Positions 49,227-60,179 of a DNA stretch of 64,000 nucleotides are shown in pieces. Made by a program: the position numbers and the translations under genes. The stretch comes from Narcine bancroftii. Lineage: Eukaryota. Below the pieces are notes generated by a model. That model had not been told where the DNA came from. It made no database searches and worked only from the letters and a program-made list of their open reading frames with translations. Where the stretch lies: contig NC_091469.1 in the NCBI RefSeq assembly GCF_036971445.1, positions 268,522,001 to 268,586,000 of the forward strand, given 5' to 3'. The first letter of the stretch is position 1; each line of letters begins with the position of its first letter.

Positions 49227-51651
49227 GGAAGGAGTCATGTGATGGAGTAGTGGCCGGACGGTGAACTCCAGCCCTCTCCAGAAAAGTCGGGAAAAACAAA
49301 AGAAAACACAAAGGCACAGAAATAAAAGTTACAGAAAAGTGAGTATAAAGGTGGAAAGAAGATGGCGACAAAAAAAGAAAAATCGAAAGCAACGGTAAGA
49401 AGAGAGGAAGAGAAGACAAAGGAGGAAAAAGGTGAAGGCCTTACCTGTCTGAAGAGGCCCGCTGCGGAGAGAGAAACCCGCTCCCTCAGGTCGGTAAATA
49501 ATGGACTACAAAAATGGCTCGCAGAGCCGAGTAAAAGTGCGCAACCGCGCATGCGCGATACTTCGCGCATGCGCGATGCGAATGAAAAAAAACACACCGA
49601 CGGGAGGGGGGACCAGCTGGGGAGTCGATCTCCACAGCCGGCAACGACAGCTGCAGAACACCTGCAGCAAGAAGAGACCACAGAAGACAATAGAAACAAG
49701 AAAGAAGAGGAGGAAAGGGCACCAAAGAAACAACAGATGGTCAACCCAGAGGAAGAAGAAGAGGAAGAGGAAGAGTACAGGGAAATAGAAGAAGAAAAGA
49801 AAGGCAAGGTAAAGGATATACTTGCTCTTATTAAAGGATACATGGAGTCATTTAAAGAATGGCAAACACAGGAATTTAAGGATTTAAGAAAAAGAATAAA
49901 CAACACAGAAGAGAAAATAAATAAAATGGAGATGACCTTAACAGAAATGGGAAAGAAAATGGACAAGATGGAAGAGCGGGCAGTAGCAGCAGAAATGGAG
50001 GTAGAAGACTTAAAAAAGAAATTGGAGAAATCTAATAAAAAAACTAAAGAGACACAAGAACTACTAGCTCAAAAAATAGATACAATGGAAAACCATAACA
50101 GAAGAAATAACATAAAGATAGTGGGCCTTAAGGAAGATGAAGGCAAGAATATGAGGGAGTTTATAAAAGAGTGGATCCCTAAGACCCTAGGATGTCCAGA
50201 ACTACAGCAAGAAATGGAAATAGAAAGGGCACATAGAGTATTGGCCTCTAAACCACAACCACAACAAAAACCAAGATCTATTGTAGTAAAATTCCTAAGA
50301 TATACTACAAGAGAAAAGGTACTGGAGAAGACAATGGAAAAAGTAAGAGAGGGCAACAAACCACTGGAGTATAAAGGGCAAAAAATCTTCATTTATCCAG
50401 ATATAAGTTTTGAACTCCTAAAGAAGAGAAAAGAGTTCAATACAGCAAAGGTGATTTTATGGAAGAAAGGGTATAAATTTATACTAAAGCATCCAGCGGA
50501 TTTGAAAATATTTATTCCAGGACAACAAAACAGACTATTCTCGGATCCAGAAGAAGCACGAAAATTTGCAGAACAATTACAAAAATAGACTGAGGGAGGA
50601 AGACGGGTAATGAGAGTTAAAATGATCACGATTGATATGTATGTGGGTAAAGACAAAAATAGACTGAGGGATGAAGACGGGTAACGAGAGTAAAAATGAT
50701 CACGATTGATATGTATGCGGGTAAAGAGGTATAAGAGTGAATAGAGACAATGAGCATACATGAATGTATCTGTACTTAGAGGAAAATATAGATAGTATAG
50801 ACAAGAATTAATAAGGGAAGGTAATGGAATAGAGAGAATAAGGAGGGAATTAAAAGAGTGACCTTTGTGACATATGAAAAGTGAAATCTTTTCTGGGGGA
50901 GGCGGGGAGGGGGGAAATAGCGGTCACTGCAAAATCAGTTGACGCTTGCGAGTGGATTCGCAAATCCAAATGGAGAGGGGAGATGTGGTTGTCCGACAAG
51001 GGATAAAGGACAACTCAGGAGGTGAAGGGGAGATTGGGGATAAATAAGATAGAAATAGGAGAATAAGGAAAATGTTGGATGTTGTAGGAATGTTGTCTTA
51101 TAAAGAGTTGAAAATAAGAAAACAGAAATGGAAAAGGAGGAAAGGTAATGAGGGAAAAACGGAAAGAGAAGATAAACAAAATATAAAAGGGCTACGCTGA
51201 ACTATATGTCTTTAAATATTAATGGAATACATAACCAAATTAAAAGGAAGAAACTACTAAATTTAAATGAATAAATGTATTCCATTAGAAAAAATAACAT
51301 ATAGGTTAAAAAATAATATTGAAATATTTGAACAAGTATAGGAGCCTTACATTAAATACAATAGCGAAAACCTACTGGGGACAAACATTACCTAAGTTGA
51401 TGGAAGGAGAAGGAAAGAAAAGAATGGACTCAGTAGAATTTCTGGTGTAATTTTGTTGAATGACAACATTGTCTGACTGGCTTAATGCAACCTAGATTGT
51501 ATACCTAAAATGGATGAGAGGGGGGGGTGGGGGGGTGGTTTGGGAGGAAAGGGGGGGGGGAGAAAAAGTCACTGTATATGTGTGAAAAAGAAATAGTGTA
51601 TATCATGGCTAATGTGATTTATGGTGTGAAAAATAAAAAATTTAAAAAAAA
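49227..51651 (+). mobile_element. Young L1 derivative with intact ORF1 and nearly all of ORF2 deleted
   Basis: Perfect 20-bp TSD aggtagctatgtctatgcac (49207-49226, 51652-51671), poly(A), complete 5' end. Confidence 0.92.
49362..50588 (+). CDS. L1 ORF1p (coiled coil plus RRM/CTD, Transposase_22-like), 408 aa, uninterrupted
   Basis: ENHNRRNNIKIVGLKE, EIERAHR, PRSIVVKFLRY, IFIYPDIS..KKRKEF. Confidence 0.9.
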   Translation: MATKKEKSKATVRREEEKTKEEKGEGLTCLKRPAAERETRSLRSVNNGLQKWLAEPSKSAQPRMRDTSRMRDANEKKHTDGRGDQLGSRSPQPATTAAEHLQQEETTEDNRNKKEEEERAPKKQQMVNPEEEEEEEEEYREIEEEKKGKVKDILALIKGYMESFKEWQTQEFKDLRKRINNTEEKINKMEMTLTEMGKKMDKMEERAVAAEMEVEDLKKKLEKSNKKTKETQELLAQKIDTMENHNRRNNIKIVGLKEDEGKNMREFIKEWIPKTLGCPELQQEMEIERAHRVLASKPQPQQKPRSIVVKFLRYTTREKVLEKTMEKVREGNKPLEYKGQKIFIYPDISFELLKKRKEFNTAKVILWKKGYKFILKHPADLKIFIPGQQNRLFSDPEEARKFAEQLQK

Positions 51652-52766
51652 AGGTAGCTATGTCTATGCACAATGATTATTTTCCAAGAAATGCTACTAC
51701 CCAGAGAATAAGAATAGCCAATGCTACATTTGATTGGGGCTAATATACCTATGGGAAATTCAGTGCACAAGTCTGAAATTTAATTTGATAAAATCTCCAA
51801 GATGAGTCTAAGCAACTGCTTAAGGCATTAGGTTTAATCCTGTGGTACTCAACCTTTTATTTTCCACTCACATACCACCTTAAGTATGTCATGCACTCTG
51901 TGGTGAGTGAGGGATTACTTAAGGTTGCATGCGAATGGAAATAAAAGGCTGAGAACCACTGATTTAATCTTTTTTGTGTGAAGCATGATTTTTTTTTCAA
52001 ATACACAATTTGTTACAATGCTTACTTTTGCTTTAGAATACCAAAATATTTCAGAAATTATTGTGAATGATTTGTAGGAACCTGTTTCCCAAATTTCCCC
52101 CAATGGCTTGCTTTCAGAGACTGAGCCCTTTGTAAATATGTAAATACTCATGTGTTAAAAGTGCGTTGAGTCAAGTGCTGAAGGATGTGCAAATTTTTTT
52201 CATGTATGTTGGTTTCACATGATGTTGCTTGAGTGAATATTTTCCCATCTCTTGATCTCACTGATGTCTTTATGCTGATTGGGCTTGATCCATTGAACAT
52301 TACCTGTTTTCATACAATGGGTTTATCTCTGTGTTGCTACCTCTCCCCTTTGGGATAAAGTGGCTTGGCACTTTGCCTGCTCTTTTCATCTAATAGTACA
52401 CTGGTATTTCTCCATTTTTCCATGATTTCTTGTTTTGTCTAACATAATTTTTCATACCTCTTGTGACTTCTGCAGTTCCTGTCCTACTCTCCTTGCAACC
52501 TGATGTTTCTTACTTTGCATTGGCTCAATTTTTGTTTCTGATCTACTGTATTTGTGGGTCTCTGTCTCTCATTTTTAAGCTTGGAAATGCCAATCATTTA
52601 GAGTAGGCTCATTTCCTTCATGAGAAATGGCTTTTTATTTCATGAAACACTGAGCTCTGTACTGTCATTTTCTTATTTGTTCCCTTTGATGTTAATTCTG
52701 ATATTTTTGAAATAACAAATCTTTCTTCTATGGAAGGAATAACTTTTATTTTTTATTTTTTTCTAG

Positions 52767-53183
52767 TGCCTCCAAAAGTTTCTGATATCAGCAGTCCTCC
52801 ACATATTATACATTTGGAAAATTGTACACTGAGTTGTCAGATATCAGGATATAAACCTCAAAGCATTTACTTACATTGGTTTCTACAAAGAAAGGGGAGA
52901 AGTAAAGAAATGATTTACCGATGGACTTCAAATGCGAACTTGTGCACATCTGTGGAAAATGAACAACATGCACTTATTTCAGAAGACCTCTCTTTCAATG
53001 AATCTTTTGTATTTAGCATGTCAGTTGTCAAACAGATTAGTGATGGGAGTGCCAGTGTGAACTGCAAAGTTAAATTTTGCCCTGATATCGATAAAGATAA
53101 TGAAGCCATTCTCTCGCTTTCTGTTTACCATAGCACTGTGAAAGGCAAGATTAGTAAGTCCATCAAACTTAGAGTTGAAGGAA
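52767..53183 (+). CDS. NCR3LG1: B7-H6-like gene, exon 5: post-TM C1-like Ig domain
   Basis: t-tract ttctag| acceptor, A|GTAAGT donor, phase 1/1, open for 417 nt. VPPKVSDI..TLSCQISGYKPQSIYLHW..SDGSASV..LSVYHS; the F-strand Cys is replaced. Confidence 0.82.
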
Positions 53184-53224
53184 GTAAGTATAAACTATAA
53201 ATAATTCTTTAAAAGTGACTTTTA

Positions 53225-55062
53225 AAAAAATATATTTTATTTATTTTTTTTTTTCCCCATAAAAATACATAACAAATTCTCATATATATTTAAAATAAAG
53301 CAACCCTCACATTATAGATGCACATGCACAATCAGGGCTCACATTTATGTTGACCATAAAAATTCTATATGGGGAAATCACTTGCATTTATACTGTAGCA
53401 GCATCCATTATTGTCCTTTTTATTATAGTAGCTATAAATATAATTGGGCCCCTGTATGATCCAAACATGGCTGCCATATCTTGATAAATATGTCCTATTT
53501 ATTCTTTGTTATATATATTTTTTCCTATAGGTATTTAACTATTCATCTCGGCAGCCCATCATGCTACCTGTAGAGGGGAGTCAGATTTTTCCAAGTAATC
53601 ACAATACATTTCTTAGCCACTGCTAAGGCTATTTTAACAAATGAAATTTGAAATTTTGTTAGTTTTTTGCTTATTTCTATGAAGTTACCCAAAAGATAAA
53701 GCTCCAGGTTGCCCATGAAGGCCACCCCTGTTATTCTTGTTAATATTTCAGCAGTATCCTGCCAGAAAGGTCTCACCTTCACATGTAGCATGTAAGAATG
53801 TTCCTATTTCTGTCCTAAACCTAAAACTCATCTCCGATATTTCCGGTTTTGATTTATGCAACTTCAGTGGTGTGAGATATAATTGGTGTAGGAAATTTTA
53901 TTGTACTAGTCCATTTCTTGCATTTATAATTGATGTCATGCTGTCCAAACACCAATCAGACCAACATCTTCCATTATTGCAACACCTAGATCTGACTCCC
54001 ATCTCTCTCTTGATCTCTGTAAACTTGGTTTCATACTTTCAATTTTCAGCACTTTGTTATTCCATAGTAATAAAGCATATTCCATGGAGCAATAGTGCAT
54101 ATTAGGTATAAATTTAGATGTATTTCCTAGCCAAATTGTTTTGTCTATTTCATTAATTTCAGATGGGGCCAAATTGGCCCCCATCTTGCTCTTAGGAACA
54201 ATCTTAGCTGGAGAAAACAAAATAGTCCTATTGGCTACTCCATATTTAGTTCTTAATTGTTCAAAAGACATAAGAGATTCCTCCACATAACAATCATCAA
54301 TATATCTTATTCCTTTAATCATACTGTGAATTCAATATTTTGTTCCCTAGATTCATAGGAAGCTACACATTTTTACATAATGGGGTTCTTAATGATATAC
54401 CTGCGTTTTTTTCCCCAATACACTCATTTATTTCTTGTCCTATTCTAATCATAAGTTTTAATATAGGGCTATCCATCTTTTTTCTTATTAATTTAACATT
54501 CCACTTGTAAATGAAGTCCTTCACTGTCTCCTCTTTTATTGAATTCAGTCACATTCAGATCCAAGAAGGGGGACTGTCTTCTTCAAAGAAGAATGATAAA
54601 AAACCTTGGCTTGTGCTGATATATAGTATTTCTTAAAATCCAGAAGCCTAATTCTTCCCAGTTTATAGTCCTATGTTAGCTTTTCCAATGAAATTGCCAA
54701 CAGTTTGTTAAACATTGGTAGTACAGTGATTACAAACAATTAAGAAAACAAATACGTGGAGATATCTGTGACATCATTTGTCCATAGTAATTTTCTAATT
54801 TGTGTAATGGGGATCATTTCATTTTTCAACTTTCTGAAACCATTCTTAAAAAAAAAAGATCTCTGACAATTATTCAGTTCTTTCAGAAATGAAAGTCATT
54901 TTGGGGGAGGCATGGCCATGTGAAGGTCTTAGATAGACATGTTTTGATTGATATGTCATAATTATGTAATAGTTTAAATAAATTTGTTGGTACTGCAATA
55001 GGCAACAATTGAAAAAGATACTGTAATCTTGGCATCACCTTCATTTTAATACAATTTACCTT
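53225..55062 (-). mobile_element. L1 ORF2 3' fragment
   Basis: KVNCIKMKVMPRLQYLFQ, IALAVAKKCIVITWK, poly(T) at the left end. Confidence 0.78.
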
Positions 55063-55367
55063 TTTCATATTGTTTTGTCCATTTATTTTTGTGAAAAAAT
55101 TCTTAATTTTAAGATTTTAACCGTCTTACTGATACTCTTCATGGAGACCTCGATCAAAACATGTCTATCTAAGACCTTCACGTGGTTCTGAAAGAACATA
55201 ACTGAATAATTGTCAGTTTTTTTTGAAGAATGGTTTCAGAAAGTTGAAAAATGAAATGATCCCCCATTACACAAATTGGAAAATTACTATGGACAAATGA
55301 TGTCACAAATATCTCCACATATTTGTTTTCTTAATTGTTTGTAATCACTGTACTACCAGTGTTTAAC
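54707..55367. repeat. Inverted duplication (arms 54707-54951 and 55150-55367)
   Basis: The arms are reverse-complementary over about 215 bp with few substitutions and small indels. Confidence 0.9.
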
Positions 55368-55499
55368 TTCAATCTTGTATTAAGATTTGTGTTAAAGGGA
55401 AGTGAGCATCCCCCCAATTTAGAGAACCGGTTGCAGAATAGATAAGGGAAATCCAGTGAATGTGATATGTTTGGGCCTTGAGAGCTTTCAATAAATCAT

Positions 55500-55880
55500 T
55501 GGTTTTCAAATAACAACCCCCCACCCAACCAAACACATTCCACCTGAAACAATCCCTATGCCATCAGTGCTCTGATTAGTAAGGGTTACTTCAGGTGGTA
55601 TGTGAGTGGGGGTGGGGGGGGGGAGGTGGAGAACCACTGCTCCAGACCCAATAGTTACTGAAATATTTTGCTTGAGAAAAATTGTCATTGGCCCATTTCT
55701 TTTGGAGTTATGAAACCCTGCACATAACGAATCAATTAGGTACGATTAAAACAGTGGTTTTCACCCTTTTACTGAAATATCAACTTAAACAACCTGTTAG
55801 TAATCACAGAGCACTTGTGGCAAAAAGATTGCTTAAGATGGAATGCAAGTTTAGGGGGGGCAGTTTGAAAACCACTACAC
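55500..55880. mobile_element. hAT MITE (family of 16198-17600)
   Basis: Shared core gagaaccactgctc..ttgagaaaaattgtcattggccc. Confidence 0.75.
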
Positions 55881-57224
55881 TAAGTGCTACACGTGAGGTT
55901 ATAAAACCAAAATTTGAACACATGGGGTTGGGGGAAATATTTGAAGATAAATTGAGGATTAAGTTAACAGATGGAAAAATAATACTGCATGTCATTTTTG
56001 GACTGAGAGGCACTGACAAAGTAGGTTAAATGGTTCCTTTTGCTGTCACATAATACTACATTAAAAAGGTAATATGCATGATATGCTTCAACATTTGTCT
56101 GCTCTAAGTAGTCTTCTAGAACAATACCTGGCAGCCTTAACAGTAGGAGAAAGAGAAGCAAAAGAGCGTCCCTTTCGAGTCACTGACCAAGGATTTACGT
56201 CCAGCGCTCCTGCAGCCTCTGCGGTCATCAGCAATCTGATCTCCAGATCCAAACCTCTGGGACAATCAGGAAGACTTCAGCGTCTGAGGTCTCTACGCAA
56301 GCCTGTCTTGCTCTCAGTACCCTCTCAGATCCCAGTTCAAATACCCTGTCCCCACGAGCCAGTCTCCAGCAACCCACAGCTTGGTGTGAGCCCTTGGACT
56401 GCAAGTCGCCAGCAGCCCGCAGCCAGACTGGGTTCTTAAGCAGCTAAGCCATTTGCTTGTCTGCTGTCGTGGCCACTGTCTTTTACGTAATCTCCCATGC
56501 CTGTACATCCTGCTTGGCGCCCTGCGCCGATTCATTGTTCTCCTCGAGTCTGCTACCTATTGTGGTATGCTTCCCAACATGGGTGCTGCTGCCATCTTGG
56601 CATTGACTTCTGGTCGCAGGATTTAAAAATAAAACATTACTGGACCCTTTAACAGGCTGTTTAAAGCCTGCAGGGAGCTATCAGACCTGTGCTGTATATC
56701 CGCTCTCCACTCCCCTGGATCCACACCAGTGGCAGCCCTGCTAAAGAGGGTGCCGCAAGGACCAGTGTTAGGCATCAGCTGTTCACAATTTCTATCAATG
56801 ATTTGAATGATAGCTCATGAATCAAAGCTGGATGGTGAAAAAGATACCAAGATACTGTACATCCAGTAGACAGGCCCAGGGATCACCATCTTGGGAGGTG
56901 GGCCAGTATACACAAAAATAAGAATAACTATCTTGTTCCTGAGGGTGTATTTTGGGAGCTCTCTATCACAGTGGACTATGCAGGCTCAATATGTTCAAGA
57001 GAAAGAATAACTAGAGGGAACTGAAGAAGGCAACAAATGGAATTACATTAGAGTACATTGTGATCAGACTACATTTGTAGACAAGCGTGTAGCATTGCTA
57101 ACTGTAGGTGAGTATTCGATTATACTCAGCTGCTGTTTATTCCAGTTATTCCAAGAAGTAACATGAGCTTTTTTTTATGTTTGTAAAAAGAAATAATTTG
57201 CAGTTTCATTTTCTTTCATGCAGA

Positions 57225-57700
57225 ATATAACCATATAACTGTTTACGGCGTGGAAACAGGCCATGTCGGCCCTTTAAGTCCACGCCGGTTCACTTGAACA
57301 ACTCCACTAGCTTCCCCCTCCTGCTCTCCGCCCATAACCCTCCAACCCCTCACATCCATGTACACAACCAACCTTCTCTTAAATGACAGAAGGGACCCTG
57401 CTGCAACTATCTCTTTTGGAAGATCATTCCATTCTGCCACCACTCTCTGAGTGAAAAAGGATCCTTTAATATTTCACGTAAAGTTTTGCCCCTTTACCCT
57501 TAACTTATGCCCTCTTGTTCCAACCTCCCCTGCCCTCAGGGGAAAGAGTCTATTTACATCTACTCTATCTATTCCCTTCATAATTTTAAATACCTCTATC
57601 AAATACCCTCTCAGTCATCTACATTCCAATGAATAAAGTCCTTGTCTCCTTAATCTTTCTCCGTAATCTGGATGCTGTAAGCCAGGCAACATCCTTAGTA
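57225..57700 (-). mobile_element. CR1 3' end
   Basis: Reverse complement matches 19780-20230. Confidence 0.78.
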
Positions 57701-58333
57701 TGAGTTTTTCAATTTTTTCACCCTTTTATTTGCAATGTTGAAAGAGGAAGCTGATTGTGTATACTTCAACCAAGAGCCAGAGAGATCATGATGGTGTTTT
57801 GTTTGATTGAGTAACTTGCTGAATATATAAGCATTCTTATTGTGTGCTCCAGTTTGTACAAGTTTTCATGAGATATAATGAAACAGGTATAATATTGAAC
57901 AAGGGTTTTCTACAAGTTGGTAAGTGCTAACTTCATGGACTTCTGGCCATGTACAATGTTTTAGTGCGGGATATCTTTGGAATTGTTAAGATCTTCACTC
58001 TTGTTAATCTCTTTGATGATTTATTTTTGTTTGCATTTGTCCCTTCACCTTACAACCGTAAAAGCTGAAAATGGGAATACTTTTTTTTCCCTTTTGACCT
58101 GTTTCTTTGTGTCAGTATGTCCTTTTACATTTAGTCTTTCTGGTAGTTGTATCTGACAAATGAGCCTGGAATACCCCGCAGTAAATTTTAACAGAGGGGC
58201 AGCTTCTGTTAAAATGTCTAAACTGCACATTATACTCTATCTTTAATAGATAAAGTGAAATGAGGGATTTGTCAGTTGTGCTCAGCGAATTCTGAAAGCA
58301 TCATCCTTTTCTTTTTATTTAAAAAAAATCCAG

Positions 58334-58711
58334 TTGCACCAAAGATGACAAAGGTTCTAGCACCACGTTGGATTATTCATGAAGAAGAGATTGCTTTGAC
58401 CTGCCCAATTGATGGATTTAAACCAAGACCACTGGCTATCACTTGGTACCAAAGAGAGAACAACATATTGAGAAAAGTTGTAAAACATGAGCTAGACACT
58501 CAATATTCGATTGATCAAGATGGAACAAATCGGACCAAATATGTCCACGAGCTAAATGAGCTGGAAAACATAGATCATACTTACAGTGTCACTAGTGTTC
58601 TAATTTTTACACCAACCATTCTTGAAGACCATGACACAATATACATTTGTGAAGTTGAACATCCAGCCACGGCTTCAAAAGCACAAAAAGAAGTGCTGCT
58701 AAATCTAAAAG
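58334..58711 (+). CDS. NCR3LG1: B7-H6-like gene, exon 6: second post-TM IgC1 domain; the gene continues beyond the window
   Basis: tccag| acceptor, AAG|GTACAG donor, phase 1/1, 378 nt. APKMTKV..LTCPIDGFKPRPLAITWY..DHTYSVTSVLIFTP..YICEVEHPA. Confidence 0.85.
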
Positions 58712-60179
58712 GTACAGTCAGAATTTACCTTTTTCATATTGTATCATGTTTTACTGTTGTGTTAACTGGAATATTTAGGTTTTACTCAAAATTAACCCAG
58801 AAAGAATTTAAAAAGATTTAAATTTATTAAGCATGACAGGAAGAGTAACGGCTGAAAACTGTTTTGCATTTAATTGTTCTTTAACTAATAGCGTGACTTT
58901 TAAAATGTCAGGGATTATGTGGAACAACCTGGAATGGTAAATTGGGCTCAGAAAGATGTTCGCTATATTTATGAAGTTCTTTTCATGAATTATCATCTTG
59001 CAGTTGGATATTATCTAGTCAGCTGTAATTGTGGGGATAAAAAAAATTCACTGTAAGAATTTAAATATCAGAATTTTTGCATCAAATGTTAACTTATTGA
59101 ACATTTTTGCCCAATGTTTGGGTTCTGTTTTATTATGAAATTAAGAAGGATTTTTTTTTTTCTTTCTGCGTGTCTTCTATCTCCTTTCTTAGTCCTGAAG
59201 CACGGATTTGATCCACATGTCAGTTATCCAGGTCAGCCATTCTGGACTGTTTTTAGACCTTAGGACTCTGCTCAAAGTATACGGGCCCCCTTCCCTGCGA
59301 AGCAGTCAAGTTTAGTTGGTTTCTTCTAGACATCTCACCTACTATGTTGAATTTTTTAAATGATTTCAGTCCATGCTCCCTTTAAATGTGCTGTGGTCCT
59401 GTTGGGGGAGGGGTGTGTGTGGAGGTGTGCTGCATGGCCTCTATTAGAAAATGGCTGCTCTATATGCCAGCATCTGATCTCTATCTCCACTGAACAATTT
59501 TGATATCTCTGAATAATTTTCTTGTCCCATTCATCTACTCCTTTATTCTTTGACATTTCTGTTTCCTTCGTTTCTTGTTTGTTGCTATGGTATAGGAGCA
59601 GTTGGATGGCATGTGTAGCATAGAAAAGTTTCAATAGATTGTTTATGAATTCATAACTGGGCTAAGCCAAAGGGTTGATGTGTATTGAGGTGAATTGGAA
59701 AAAAAAATCACAAAGTGCTAAAGAGGCTGAGAAGTTTCTGAAAGAAGTTCCTAAACATACAGGTCAGGTGGTTGAAGCCCTGATTACCAATGGCATGACT
59801 GAGGGGGAATGAAGAGATATACCAATCAGAGTTTAGTGAGTAGGGAATTTGAATTGTGGTTTTACAGGAGGGTATAGAAAGGGGAAAGCTCATGAGAAAT
59901 TTAAAATCTGAATGTGTTAAAGATACTGGAAGCTAATAACCAAAAATGCATCATGAAAATTGATTTTTACTGGTTAGGGAATTGAAAATTGAGGCTAGAA
60001 ATGACAGATGCACATTAGGATTTAAACAACAGATTGGCATCATTGCTAGAAGCCCATCCCCAGAGATTTGTTCACGTTTATTCATTTGAAGACGGCCAGC
60101 ACCTCCTCTTTTTAAGATAGCACTATTCCCATCCTGGAACTCCCAAGCTTCCATGATCTGTGACATATCTTGGTGGCTG

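Noticed and set aside
49235-49966. 243-aa hydrophobic antisense ORF (also 26976-27526) as an ORF0-like gene
   Set aside because: It is the expected mirror of a purine-rich E/K-coding strand, and the frames are not consistent between the two copies.
50580-50728. About 74-bp tandem duplication after the ORF1 stop
   Set aside because: A routine inter-ORF spacer duplication with no evident function.
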